Source of the DNA: a virus
Length of the DNA: 64,000 nucleotides
Direction: 5' to 3' (one strand)
Virus record (IMG/VR): IMGVR_UViG_3300036828_001020
Span: 5,180-69,179 of that record
Part shown: positions 18,364 to 27,907 of the stretch, in pieces
How positions within the stretch are numbered: the first letter of the stretch is position 1
Layout of the letters: each line of letters opens with the position of its first letter
Translations under genes and position numbers: made by a program
Notes under the pieces: generated by a model
Seen by the model: the letters and a program-made list of their open reading frames with translations, nothing else
Database searches by the model: none
Told to the model about the DNA's origin: nothing

Positions 18364-18939
18364 GTGATCGAGGCGGCGCTGCAGCTGGTCTCGGGGGCGG
18401 CGTCAATAGGGCGCACGATGACTCCGGATTACCGGACATCACGCGCCCTCTCGGCCGCGGCTCTCGGGACCATTGCCGGCGATTTCGGCCTCAAATTCGC
18501 GGCTGACCCGAGGGCGACCCACCTCCTGGTCGGCGCCGCGATGTATACGATCCCGACCGCGCGCACCCTCGCGATCCTGCTCGTTCCCCGCCTCGACCGC
18601 GACCGCGGACCCCGCGTCGCCCTGTGCGCTGCGGCCGGCGTGCTGCAGCTCGTTTTTGCGGTCGGGGCCGACATCGCGGCGACGGCCCCGGTCAATCTTC
18701 TGGCGCTCATCCCCCTGGCGGTCATCGCACTCGCCGCCGTCGGCGACGTGTCAAACGAGATGCGCACCCGGCGCCGGTTCATCTTTGTGATCGGGTGCCT
18801 GTCGGGGATCTTCGCATTTGAAACATCGGCATGGGGGTTGCTGGCAAAGGCCGCGATCTCGGATGTCGCGGCGTCCGTGTGGGTCATGTTGTGGGGACCG
18901 ATCGGCTCCCAGCGGCTTGTCAGAAACCCGCGCCGTTGA
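18364..18939 (+). CDS. Multi-pass membrane protein (distantly YgjV-like)
   Basis: Several hydrophobic segments; AAMY..TARTL and LLALIP..MRTRR patterns. Confidence 0.55.
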   Translation: MIEAALQLVSGAASIGRTMTPDYRTSRALSAAALGTIAGDFGLKFAADPRATHLLVGAAMYTIPTARTLAILLVPRLDRDRGPRVALCAAAGVLQLVFAVGADIAATAPVNLLALIPLAVIALAAVGDVSNEMRTRRRFIFVIGCLSGIFAFETSAWGLLAKAAISDVAASVWVMLWGPIGSQRLVRNPRR

Positions 18940-18951
18940 TAAGGTTACCTT
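18917..18951 (+). promoter_or_regulatory. Second copy of promoter plus operator
   Basis: TTGTCA-N17-TAAGGT; AAGGTTACCTT at 18941-18951; near-identical to the 17.9 kb copy. Confidence 0.7.
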
Positions 18952-18991
18952 GGCAAGCCGGGTTTACCGGAAAGATGCGGAGGTGATCAAA

Positions 18992-19204
18992 ATGGAGACT
19001 TCACGGCCCTTTGCTCGAGCCGCGAACCTTGCCGCCCGGGCCGGGCGCGCAACCGACCCTTGGGAAAGCCGACTCTTGCTCGACGAAGCCAATGAGGAGC
19101 TGGCCCGTGTCAACGCCGCGCTCCATCCGATCAAAGGGGAGGAGACTCGCAAGATACTCATAAACCTGGAGGGAACGTATTATGGCTGGCAAGAGATCCG
19201 GTAA
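18992..19204 (+). CDS. Hypothetical protein
   Basis: Strong GGAGGTGAT SD. Confidence 0.6.
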   Translation: METSRPFARAANLAARAGRATDPWESRLLLDEANEELARVNAALHPIKGEETRKILINLEGTYYGWQEIR

Positions 19205-19553
19205 ACGTCAGCTGCTGACCTCCGCCGCCGTGGGCGTTGGGCTCGTCGGCATCCCGGCGCAGGCGGCGGTGTGGACCGAGGGCGATCGCGTCTACATGCG
19301 CGAAGCCGGAACCACGACCGAGGTCACCGCCACTCCCGAATTGCTTGCCGCCCTACGTGCGGTCGGCGGCAAGGCCAAGCTGCCGAGCGACCCCAAACTG
19401 ATCATGTCGGGGGGCGGGGGTGCCGCTTTTAGTCTCGATCCGTTCGATCTTGTCGGCAAAGTCCGCGATGCATTGATCGGGCAAAAAGAAAAAAAGGGGC
19501 GACCCCAAACTGTGCCAACCAAAGACCCGCCAACCAATGAGGAACACAAATGA
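19182..19553 (+). CDS. Putative exported protein
   Basis: Basic n-region, hydrophobic h-region, AQA cleavage site; IMSGGGGAAFS motif. Confidence 0.65.
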   Translation: MAGKRSGKRQLLTSAAVGVGLVGIPAQAAVWTEGDRVYMREAGTTTEVTATPELLAALRAVGGKAKLPSDPKLIMSGGGGAAFSLDPFDLVGKVRDALIGQKEKKGRPQTVPTKDPPTNEEHK

Positions 19554-19783
19554 ACACAGCCACCTATGCCTTGCCGGGAACTCCGCTTGCCGCACATAGC
19601 GCGGTGATCAAGCGGGCTCTCGATCGCGCCGTCCAGGTGCGGGCTAGTGACATCAACCCTCCCGGAAACTGGATAACCGGCGCCATGCTGCCGCGCATCG
19701 ACGGCAGGATGACCTATGACAAGGACGCCGTGATCCCCGTCAGCGGACCGCGCATGTTGTGGGTCGGCGGCAACGGCCCTTGA
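19550..19783 (+). CDS. Putative peptide precursor (77 aa)
   Basis: GAGG SD, ATGA coupling; leader-like N-half followed by a Pro/Gly/Trp-rich C-half. Confidence 0.6.
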   Translation: MNTATYALPGTPLAAHSAVIKRALDRAVQVRASDINPPGNWITGAMLPRIDGRMTYDKDAVIPVSGPRMLWVGGNGP

Positions 19784-20233
19784 ATGCCGACGACACTCTG
19801 CCCGAGCGCCCGGCCGGTCGACGACATGCCGGGCGGCTTGGCGGTCTTTGCCGTGGCCGCCGGCACGCCAGAAGAACCGAGCGCTGAATACCTGCCCGAG
19901 GCGATCCCGATAACCGCCGCGATGCTGGAAACGATGGCGCGCGGCCCGATCGAGGTCGGCGAGGTGTTTCGTTTCACCAAACAATGTCGCGAAGAAGCCT
20001 GTCGACAATGGGACGAGAAGGCTCATGCGTGCAGCCTGATCGACCGATGGGTTGCGGCACTCGACGTTCCCGCCGAGACCGCTTTGCCGCGTTGCGCTAT
20101 CCGCCAGAATTGTCGGGCATGGCACCAACTCGGAGCGCGGGCCTGCCGCAGTTGTCACCGCGTGACTTCGCAATGGATCACCGGCCTCGATGAGCCTCTT
20201 GCAAAAGTCGACTTGGAAAAACTGTATTTATAG
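19784..20233 (+). CDS. Cys-rich (8 Cys) putative metalloprotein / peptide maturase
   Basis: LCPSA..EVFRF..CREEAC..CSL..LPRCAIRQNCRAW..ACRSC. Confidence 0.7.
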   Translation: MPTTLCPSARPVDDMPGGLAVFAVAAGTPEEPSAEYLPEAIPITAAMLETMARGPIEVGEVFRFTKQCREEACRQWDEKAHACSLIDRWVAALDVPAETALPRCAIRQNCRAWHQLGARACRSCHRVTSQWITGLDEPLAKVDLEKLYL

Positions 20234-21428
20234 AGATCCGCTGCTCGGCAACGGCAGTTATCGCATCTTGCTGTTGACCGGGCTGTTTTGGGGTACCGCG
20301 AGCAGTCAATTGACGTTGCTGGCCGTGGTGTTCCGCCAGCACGGGTTTAGCGACGCGCTAATCGGCTGGACCTTTACCGCGCAATTGGCTGGGCTCGTCG
20401 CCTCGAGCCTATGGAGTGGCTGGCTGATCACCCGCATCGGCGCCACCCTTGTGATGCTCGCTGGTCTGGCGACAGGCCTGATGTCGATGGTCCTGCTGCC
20501 GGTGAGCGGGATTACCCCGGGGCCGACACTCCTACTTAGTCTGATCCGCGGTGTCTCCGGCGGGTTGCTGCTCACGGCCGGTCTTACCCTGGCCCAAAGT
20601 GCCGCGGCCGAAGACGATCGCGTGCGGGCGCTCGGTCTGTTTAACGCATGCTTTCTGCTGCCCGCACTCTATGGCCCAGCACTCGGCGAGTGGACGTTGC
20701 GGGCGTGGGGTGATGCGGGATTTTTTCTGGTTGCCTGCATTCCGGCAGCCATCGGTCTGCTGCTGATGTTGCGCTACCCGCCCAGCGATCGAGCCGCACC
20801 TAGCACGGTTGGATATCTCGCCTTGCTGCGCGATCGCCATATCTGGCTGCCCAGCGTGGCGATGGCGGCCGCCGGGCTCGGCTACATCTTTGCCTATAGC
20901 TTTTTGGCGCTGCTGCTGACCGATGCTTTGCAAACGCCGGTCGCGTGGTTTTTTGTGCCGTTTGCGGCCGGCATGTTTGGTACGCGGTTTTTCGGATTGC
21001 GCCATCTGCAGCGCTTGCCGGCGTGGTTGCTAACGGGCCTCGGGTTGCTCAGTTACGGGGTCGGGTTCGGATGCCTCGCAGCAGCCCCGGCTCACGCTAT
21101 TGTCGTGCCGGCCGTGGCGGGCGCGCTGTTTGGTTTTGCCTATGGGGTGACGGGTCCAGCGGCGACGGCATGGGCCTGCGCCCCTTATCCTGCTGGCGAG
21201 GCGAGCCGGGCCCGGCCAATCGCGCTGACCGGTGCGAGTTTTCAATTGGGCGCGGTCATCTCGGTGCAGGTTGCCGGAGCGCTGTTGCCGATGATTGGTT
21301 GGTCGGGTGTCCTGACGGTCCTCGGCGCCCTGGCCGCCACGGTCTTTCTGGTCGTTATCTACCACGGTGTTTCCGGCATGCGCCGGCGATTTTCGCCGGG
21401 CGCTCTCGACCCCCGACCGGGCGTCTGA
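20190..21428 (+). CDS. MFS transporter
   Basis: 412 aa with about 12 hydrophobic segments; SGWLITRIGAT (motif A-like) and DRVRALG. Confidence 0.88.
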   Translation: MSLLQKSTWKNCIYRDPLLGNGSYRILLLTGLFWGTASSQLTLLAVVFRQHGFSDALIGWTFTAQLAGLVASSLWSGWLITRIGATLVMLAGLATGLMSMVLLPVSGITPGPTLLLSLIRGVSGGLLLTAGLTLAQSAAAEDDRVRALGLFNACFLLPALYGPALGEWTLRAWGDAGFFLVACIPAAIGLLLMLRYPPSDRAAPSTVGYLALLRDRHIWLPSVAMAAAGLGYIFAYSFLALLLTDALQTPVAWFFVPFAAGMFGTRFFGLRHLQRLPAWLLTGLGLLSYGVGFGCLAAAPAHAIVVPAVAGALFGFAYGVTGPAATAWACAPYPAGEASRARPIALTGASFQLGAVISVQVAGALLPMIGWSGVLTVLGALAATVFLVVIYHGVSGMRRRFSPGALDPRPGV

Positions 21429-21545
21429 TCGGCTCGCATCCCCATACGTGCTAAGCTGTCGTCGGCGCCACCCCCCCCGGCGCCAAGCTGGCGCTGCTCC
21501 CGTAGCGGGGAGCGGTGCAGGCGCACCGGCGGCCCCCACCGCCGG

Positions 21546-21561
21546 TGTTTCACGTGAAACA
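21546..21561. other. Perfect bacterial parS site
   Basis: TGTTTCACGTGAAACA, exact 16-bp palindrome, intergenic. Confidence 0.85.
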
Positions 21562-21586
21562 GTGCGCACCAGTTGCGGGGGGCAAC

Positions 21587-22051
21587 ATGCAATACACGAT
21601 GATCCAGGCGGCCAAGGCGGCTGGTCTATCTAAATCGACGGTCACCCGGGCGGTCAAAAGCGGTAGGCTTTCCGCCACCCAGAACGAGCTCGGCGTGATG
21701 GTGATCGATGCCGCGGAACTCCATCGGGTCTATCCGCCAGTGACGCAGCGCAATGGTGCAGACGAGGAGCCGCCTGGTGCAGCCGGGCGAATTTGGACCG
21801 GTGCGCACCAGGTCGATCCCGCCCTCGAAGCCCTGTTGCGCGAGAGATCAGAGCGCATCGCCGAACTCAGTGCGCGCCTCGAGGAGCAAGACGCGACGAT
21901 TCGGGCCGAGCGCACCGTGACCGCCGAGACGATCCACGATTTGCGAGCCCGGCTGGATGCCGAGCAGGCCGAACGCCGCGAGCTGACGCTGACCTTGCGG
22001 ATGATCGGAGCCCCCGCCAAGCGGCGCTGGTGGCGCCTCTGGCGCCCCTAA
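21587..22051 (+). CDS. HTH plus coiled-coil protein (plasmid-type)
   Basis: QAAKAAGLSKSTVTRAVKSGRLSA..IDAAELHRVYP; coiled coil; RRWWRLW tail. Confidence 0.75.
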   Translation: MQYTMIQAAKAAGLSKSTVTRAVKSGRLSATQNELGVMVIDAAELHRVYPPVTQRNGADEEPPGAAGRIWTGAHQVDPALEALLRERSERIAELSARLEEQDATIRAERTVTAETIHDLRARLDAEQAERRELTLTLRMIGAPAKRRWWRLWRP

Positions 22052-22542
22052 CCCTCGTCGCGGATTACCCAGGTAATCGAGCGCAGCAGCGCTCCTGTGT
22101 CGATCAGCGGCGTCGCATCGGCCGGGGTCATCGCTTTGCGCCGGTAGCTGCTCCCCGGCGTGCGGCGTCGTCTTCGGGCCACTGTAGCGGGCGCCAGGGG
22201 CGGTGGGATGCCGGCCTGGATCGTCGCCTGCACCGAGTTGACAGCGATGATGCCGGCGCGGCCCAAGGCGGTGTCGACCGCCGCCAAGTCGCCGGCAAAC
22301 GCGGCTTGCCCGGCCTTGCGCAATTCCGCCGAGATCGCCGGCATCGCGGCCTGGACCCCAGGGGTCAGAAACGGCCGGGCAGGGATATTGCGCGCCGGCG
22401 AGCCAAATTCGTGGATATACCCCAAGGCGGCATTGCCGATCGGGTCGCCCGAACGCGGGTTCTTTTCTTGCGGAATGCCGATCAGCAGCCGCTTGCGGGC
22501 GAGCGCCTCGATTGCGCGGGCAATGTCGTCAGGACCCGGCAC
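22048..22542 (-). CDS. Neck / virion morphogenesis protein
   Basis: LGYIHEFGSP..IPARPFL..PPLAPAT..PLIDTG.L; probable GTG start at 22542. Confidence 0.8.
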   Translation of the reverse strand: MPGPDDIARAIEALARKRLLIGIPQEKNPRSGDPIGNAALGYIHEFGSPARNIPARPFLTPGVQAAMPAISAELRKAGQAAFAGDLAAVDTALGRAGIIAVNSVQATIQAGIPPPLAPATVARRRRRTPGSSYRRKAMTPADATPLIDTGALLRSITWVIRDEG

Positions 22543-22652
22543 AGCAGCGCCTGCCGATCGGGTGCCTGCGCCGGCGGCGCCCCCGGATGATCCGCCGCCG
22601 CAGCGCTGACCGGCGGCCGCGCAGCCGCCCCCCTCTTTGGCGCAACCTGGGC

Positions 22653-23195
22653 TCAGAGAGCACGATACGCCAGCCCGGATGTGCCATAGGGGTAATATTT
22701 GAGCCCCGAGACCCCGTAGAATGGGCGATAGCGGAAGAGGCGATATTGCGCGGTGGCCTGCCAGAAGCTGAGGCCATATTGGGTCTGCGCATACCATGCG
22801 GCACTCGCCGGCAGACCGTCGAGCCCGCCATACCCGACGCTGACCGGGCCCACCGCCTTGTTGGTCATGCGGCCAGGCGTCCCGGCCCCGGTGCCCGGCG
22901 GGCCGCCGATCTGGGCCAGGTGCGCGGTCATCATGTAGAGCAAGCGCTCGCGCTCGCCGCCGACCGAGGCGTCACAGACCGGGCTCGAGCAGCTGTTATC
23001 CAGGTAGATTGTCGCGTCGTAGAACAGCTCCTGTGCCAGTGCGGGTGAGACGGTGATCGTCCCCGACCCGGCAAATTCCGAGTAACGCGTGCTCCACCGG
23101 CCATAGTCGAATTGCACAACGCAATCGTCGACCGGCGGCACCGGGATCAGCGGCGGGCACTGGCACGGGGTGCAGCCACAGGCGCAGGTGCTCAC
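22653..23195 (-). CDS. Head-tail connector (DUF4054-like)
   Basis: RERLLYMMTAHLA..GPVSV..WYAQTQYGLSFWQATAQYR. Confidence 0.85.
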   Translation of the reverse strand: MSTCACGCTPCQCPPLIPVPPVDDCVVQFDYGRWSTRYSEFAGSGTITVSPALAQELFYDATIYLDNSCSSPVCDASVGGERERLLYMMTAHLAQIGGPPGTGAGTPGRMTNKAVGPVSVGYGGLDGLPASAAWYAQTQYGLSFWQATAQYRLFRYRPFYGVSGLKYYPYGTSGLAYRAL

Positions 23196-23650
23196 GTGTT
23201 GGTTGCCTTCTCGATCCGCACGGCGCGTGTGCCGATCGCCCGGACCCGCTCATCGGAGGCCAGGTCATCCGGGTCGATCGGCTCCATCAGGGTCTTGATC
23301 CCGGCGAGCTCCCGAGCCTGATCGCGCGCCTTGTTGGGATCTTCGTAGGCAAAGATCAGCTTGTTGCGGACCAGTGGAAGATCGGCGTTCTGCCGCATCC
23401 ATTCCTCGAAAAAGTCGCGATCCACATTGTGGGTCAGGCCAAAGCTATGAGTGATTTCAAAACCAGGCTGCACGCCAAACGCGACACGGTTGCCATTGAG
23501 CACCACGGTGCGCCCATCGGGGTGCGGGCGGGCGATCTTGACCTCGCGCATCCCGCCGCCCATCACCGGCTCCATGGTGTCGACCATCTGCCATAATTTG
23601 AGGATCAGCCCGTTTGGCAGCTTACAGGCAACCGTAACCGTGCCGGCCAT
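23192..23650 (-). CDS. Conserved head-associated protein
   Basis: TVTVACKLPNGL..FGLTHNVDRDFFEEW; directly downstream of the capsid gene. Confidence 0.75.
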   Translation of the reverse strand: MAGTVTVACKLPNGLILKLWQMVDTMEPVMGGGMREVKIARPHPDGRTVVLNGNRVAFGVQPGFEITHSFGLTHNVDRDFFEEWMRQNADLPLVRNKLIFAYEDPNKARDQARELAGIKTLMEPIDPDDLASDERVRAIGTRAVRIEKATNT

Positions 23651-23661
23651 TGGCGCTGGTC

Positions 23662-24771
23662 CTAGATCCCGAGCATCGAAGAGATCGCCATCGGCATGCG
23701 GATTATCGCACCCCAGGTGCCACCGACGATCTTCTGCTTGAACGAGCTCATCGCCCGGATGATCGGATGCGACCGCATCTTCTCATTAAACGCGCAATAT
23801 CCAGTGTCCTGCCCCTCGACGCGCTCGGCGATGAGCTGGATCAGGTTGCCGACGGTGCCATTGCCCTGCGGGTTTTGCGGTGACCGTATGGCGTATTGCA
23901 CAGCCGTTTCGATGCGCAGATTAGCGAATTCGTCCTCGATCATCTTGCGGGCGATCAGACCAAATTGGTTGACAAACCCGAGCGCCACGGCACTCGCCGG
24001 ATCGAGCGCCAGACACATCGGGGTTTCGCGATCGACCAGCCCCGCGGTTTGTTTTACCAGCTGACTAAACAACGCCAGGATGTCGTTATAGACCTCGTTG
24101 GCGGTCGCGTTGGGCGCCCCGGTCGGGGTGAACCACGCATTGGCATTGCCGCCCGCTTTGGTCGTCGGGGTCAGCGACGCGCTCAATGCTGGATCGTTGA
24201 GCAAACCGTAGTTCTGCAATCCGGCTAGCCCAAAGAAATACGTCAGGTTGCTGAATTTGTTGAGCACCAAGGCGGCTGCCTGATCGAGCTCACTTACCCA
24301 GTTGATCCGCCCGAGCCCGGCGCGCTCGAGTTCCAGATCGCCGTATTCTTTAGTCGTCTGAAACAGGTAGCTTTGGCGTTGGGGCCAATTTGTATTGGCT
24401 CCACTGTGCCCGCCTTCGTTGTAATCGCCGTAGGTCGTGACCTCGCCGACATGCTCGACGACCGGGAACATGATCGTCTGGTCGAGCCAGGTGCCTTTGC
24501 GCACCTCGCCAAAAATCACCGCCGCCTTGTTTGGAGCGAACAAGATCTTGTAGACCGCCGGGTCGGTCAGCAGGGTGAGCATGAAAGGCACCGCCGAGTT
24601 GATCCCGGTGGTCAACGCCGGCATCGCATCACGCGCCATCCGATAATCGTGTTTGAACTCCTCCGGCACATAGCTGGTCGGCGGGTCCATGCCTTCGGCA
24701 AATGAGACGCCGAGCGCCTCAAACCGCGCCCGGTCAGCCTGCCAGGCCGTCCGTGCTTCCATCAAATTCAT
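23662..24771 (-). CDS. Major capsid protein (DUF2184 / Bcep781-like)
   Basis: GEVRKGTW..GEVTTYGDY..RQSYLFQT..YFFGLAGLQNYGLLNDP..EKMRSH..GTWGAIIR. Confidence 0.92.
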   Translation of the reverse strand: MNLMEARTAWQADRARFEALGVSFAEGMDPPTSYVPEEFKHDYRMARDAMPALTTGINSAVPFMLTLLTDPAVYKILFAPNKAAVIFGEVRKGTWLDQTIMFPVVEHVGEVTTYGDYNEGGHSGANTNWPQRQSYLFQTTKEYGDLELERAGLGRINWVSELDQAAALVLNKFSNLTYFFGLAGLQNYGLLNDPALSASLTPTTKAGGNANAWFTPTGAPNATANEVYNDILALFSQLVKQTAGLVDRETPMCLALDPASAVALGFVNQFGLIARKMIEDEFANLRIETAVQYAIRSPQNPQGNGTVGNLIQLIAERVEGQDTGYCAFNEKMRSHPIIRAMSSFKQKIVGGTWGAIIRMPMAISSMLGI

Positions 24772-24786
24772 GGTGGGTTCCTCATT

Positions 24787-24812
24787 AAAAAACCCCGCCG
24801 CAGCGGGGTTGC
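24787..24812 (-). terminator. Intrinsic terminator-like hairpin upstream of the capsid gene
   Basis: AACCCCGC-tgcg-GCGGGGTT followed by a T-run on the minus strand. Confidence 0.6.
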
Positions 24813-24828
24813 CATTAGGCGGCCGCGG

Positions 24829-25374
24829 TTAAACCGTACCGATCGGCCCCACGCTGACCGAGGTGGTTCTGACCAATTCGCCGGTCAGACCGTTGCTGAC
24901 CGCGCGCCAGCGCGTCTCGATCGACCCCGCCACAGTGGCCGCCGCAGCGGCAAAGCTCACCGTGCCAGTGGTAAGATTGGCAAAGGCTTTCTGCCCGATC
25001 GTCGCCGCCCCGGCCCCCGAGTTCAGCATCCAGAACCCGCCCGAATCCATCAGGGTCACACCCATGCCCGCGGGGATCACCATGCCAAACTCGCCCAGAT
25101 ACGCGGTGATCAGCCCCTGCTGCTCGCGATGGACAAACCCGGTAGGTTGCCCGGCACCCGTATTGTTGACGTAGATTGGCCCGGTCGAGGGGTCGACTCC
25201 GGTGGTGGTGTCCCACCACCCAAAGCACCCGATCGTCACCCCACTGGCTCCGGCGCGCAGGGCGCCCGGACCGGCATCGACCGATGATCTCGGGTTGGTA
25301 TCGCAGAAATCTCCACTTACTGCGGGCGCCGGCTGCGTGGTGACAAGCCGCTGCATGCCTTGAGATACCGCCAT
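24829..25374 (-). CDS. Capsid cement / decoration protein
   Basis: QPAPAVSGDF..NPR..GFVHREQQGLIT.YL..GGFW. Confidence 0.8.
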   Translation of the reverse strand: MAVSQGMQRLVTTQPAPAVSGDFCDTNPRSSVDAGPGALRAGASGVTIGCFGWWDTTTGVDPSTGPIYVNNTGAGQPTGFVHREQQGLITAYLGEFGMVIPAGMGVTLMDSGGFWMLNSGAGAATIGQKAFANLTTGTVSFAAAAATVAGSIETRWRAVSNGLTGELVRTTSVSVGPIGTV

Positions 25375-25380
25375 GACTGG

Positions 25381-25818
25381 TTACCTCCTTCTGCTCGGTG
25401 GTTTGGCGCGCGAGTGCGCCGCGCGCGCCGGGCCGCCCCCATCATCCTCCTCGTCCTCGTCTTCCTCGGCAGGCTCGGGCTCAGGCTCGGGCTCCTCCGC
25501 GGGCTCTTCGACCGGGGTCGGTGGTGTTTCGACCGGCAGCGGTGGCACGGGAGTCTCGGGATGGGGCTCCGACGCGGACGTCGGACCTGCTGCGGCGTCG
25601 TGCAGCCGCCGCGAATGTTCGGGGCTGACGATCGCCATCAGCAGGTCACATGCGTGGCTGTATTCGTCGCTGGTCAGACCGGTCGGCAGTGGCTCTACCG
25701 GCGGCTTGTTGACCATCTCCTCGCGTTGGTCGGGTGGGGCCAGCAAGTACAGCAGCTCGTCGATCCGCGAGTGTGTTATGCCGCCACCTTCGGAAAACGC
25801 TCGGTGAACCTCGCTCAT
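25381..25818 (-). CDS. Acidic Pro-rich hypothetical protein
   Basis: GGGAG SD; located in the head operon. Confidence 0.55.
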   Translation of the reverse strand: MSEVHRAFSEGGGITHSRIDELLYLLAPPDQREEMVNKPPVEPLPTGLTSDEYSHACDLLMAIVSPEHSRRLHDAAAGPTSASEPHPETPVPPLPVETPPTPVEEPAEEPEPEPEPAEEDEDEEDDGGGPARAAHSRAKPPSRRR

Positions 25819-25832
25819 GGGCCTGGCTCCCT

Positions 25833-27479
25833 TTAAACTTGCCGAATGTGTTTGGTTTCGGGGAAGCGCTCGGCAAAGGATTTGAGCGCCGCGGCATCCA
25901 TCGCTACTGGGGCTGATCCCAGCTGTGGAGCGCCGGCTTTGGGCTGGACCGCCAGCAATGCTGGATAGGCGCTCGGATGAATCGCCGCCGGGTCGACCCC
26001 GCGCATGCGCAGCGCCTGGGCGTAGACCTGATCCTTGCTGTCAAAGGCTTGGGTCAGCTCGCCGACATAAGGGAAGACCTCGCGCTCGGCCTCGCGGATT
26101 TCCCGTTGCGTGCGCGCCGCAGCGATTTGTGCCGCGCGGACCGCAGCGGCGATCGCCGCATCCATCGCGCCCTTGGTCACCAGGTCAGGTTGTGGGTTTT
26201 TAGTCTCGTCGGCGCTCGGGATGATCGAACGCCTATCCTGTGCGTCCCAGGCCGCATCGGCCGCCTCGTCGTCGTCCTCGCGTTTCTTCTTTTCTTCATC
26301 GGTCTCGTCACGGCCCAGCCGGCGCGCCGCGTCGCGAGCACGGATCGCTTTGATGTCCTGCGCTTTCTCCTCCGGGGGACAGTCTGGGTCCTGATCCTGG
26401 TTGCCCATCGGTACCGCACTGTTCGGCGGCAGCATCGGCGGTTCATCAACAATCCCGCCATTCCCGGTGCCGGCCAGCACCGTTTCGATCAGCGGCAGGA
26501 TTTCGTCGATATCGGCGTCCTGGGCGATCCGCTTGCCGGTCAGCGCCCGTTTGAGGGCGTCCTTCATGCTCATGTTAATCACCTCCGGTTGCATGGGTGG
26601 TTTGGCGTCGCCGATCACGACATCGTGGCCGGCACGGCCCTCGGCGACAGCGGCCACATGGTTGCCGACGATGTTCGTCATGATTCCGTCGTAGCGCTGG
26701 CCCTCGTAGACGCCCGGCGTCATCACCGGCTGGTAGCGATAGGCGCAGCTGAGCTCACGCTTCTCGCCGCTCTCGATCGCGTCGATCGCCGCTTGCGGCC
26801 AGAACACCAGCGAGTTTTTCAGGTATGGCGGCTCAAACCGGGCGTGCGTGCCGGTCGAGCCGATCACCAGTTCGGGCGGATGATCCTGCGCGCTGATCGG
26901 CACGTGCTCGCTGAGGATCGGCAGATTGTTAAAAGTCGCGGTCCCCTTGGCGATCTCGTCGGGGTGGCGCAGCAGCTGATAGGTCTTTTCCGGATCGAGC
27001 CCGAGGCTTTCCCAATCGGGGATCTCCTCGCCTTTGTAGGGGTTGACCGTGGCCTTGCTGATATTCGCCTCCTCGACGTGCAGCCGGCCGTCGGCGTCCT
27101 TTGAGCGCACCGAGTTCCGGTCGAGTGCCATGTCGTTGGCGGCGGTCAATTCGCGGGTCAGCAGCGGTCGGCTGCCCTCGGCATCGCAGTCCGCGTCTGC
27201 GCTGTGCTCCTCCTCGCCGCCTTCCTCGCCGACCCAGGCGAGCAGACCGCGCAGGAAGTTTTTGAGGGTGTCTAAAAAGGCCCCGGTGGTTTGGTCGTGG
27301 CCCTCGCCAACACTCTCGACAAACTCTTTACCGACCGACTGCGGAATGCCGAGCGTGGAGTGCCCGCTTGCCGCGGCATGCATCGCGCGGCGCTGCGGCT
27401 CCGAGGTCGGCGGATCGGTGGCGAGTTCATTATCGCCGCCGGCGCCAACCCCGGAAATCGGCCCTCCCACCTCTGGCAT
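25833..27479 (-). CDS. Prohead protease / scaffold (DUF2213-like)
   Basis: DGRLHV..ISKATVNPY.G.EIP..KRELSCAYRY..GNHVA.V.EGRAG. Confidence 0.9.
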   Translation of the reverse strand: MPEVGGPISGVGAGGDNELATDPPTSEPQRRAMHAAASGHSTLGIPQSVGKEFVESVGEGHDQTTGAFLDTLKNFLRGLLAWVGEEGGEEEHSADADCDAEGSRPLLTRELTAANDMALDRNSVRSKDADGRLHVEEANISKATVNPYKGEEIPDWESLGLDPEKTYQLLRHPDEIAKGTATFNNLPILSEHVPISAQDHPPELVIGSTGTHARFEPPYLKNSLVFWPQAAIDAIESGEKRELSCAYRYQPVMTPGVYEGQRYDGIMTNIVGNHVAAVAEGRAGHDVVIGDAKPPMQPEVINMSMKDALKRALTGKRIAQDADIDEILPLIETVLAGTGNGGIVDEPPMLPPNSAVPMGNQDQDPDCPPEEKAQDIKAIRARDAARRLGRDETDEEKKKREDDDEAADAAWDAQDRRSIIPSADETKNPQPDLVTKGAMDAAIAAAVRAAQIAAARTQREIREAEREVFPYVGELTQAFDSKDQVYAQALRMRGVDPAAIHPSAYPALLAVQPKAGAPQLGSAPVAMDAAALKSFAERFPETKHIRQV

Positions 27480-27529
27480 AGATACCTCCCTGCTCCTGGC
27501 ATGGATTACCTCCCTTGAAAGCCCCGCCG

Positions 27530-27907
27530 ATGCGCTACCCGATGCCGAATTACCCTTGCGAGTTTGAAATCCCGGATGCCTGGCTCGCCGAGGCCGGCAT
27601 CAATGGTTTCACTCGAACCATGCCGGCGTACCGATCGACCCCGGCGGCGGTGCCGGTGTCATTGCGCGAGATCGAGCCGCCGTATCGCACGCCAGAAAAA
27701 GATTGGCGCGGTTTCGACCGCGGCCGACTGATCTCCGTTCTGAACGGCATTGCGACGGGGGCAGAGATCGAGCCGGTGCCGCTGCTCAAACTACCGCCCG
27801 GTGATTTCCTGCCGTCGCCGTACGGCTATCGAGTGCGTAATGGATTTCATCGGTTCTATGCGTCGATCGCAGCGGGCTTCGAGTGCTTGCCGGCGGAGAT
27901 CTCATGA
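27530..27907 (+). CDS. Stand-alone ParB/Srx-fold protein
   Basis: IEPV..YRVRNGFHRFYAS..G (GxHR motif). Confidence 0.65.
   Translation: MRYPMPNYPCEFEIPDAWLAEAGINGFTRTMPAYRSTPAAVPVSLREIEPPYRTPEKDWRGFDRGRLISVLNGIATGAEIEPVPLLKLPPGDFLPSPYGYRVRNGFHRFYASIAAGFECLPAEIS

Noticed and set aside
2378-27104. Many long plus-strand ORFs opposite structural genes (e.g. 2378, 7518, 9672, 25977)
   Set aside because: Antisense shadows typical of high-GC DNA, with no motifs or SD.
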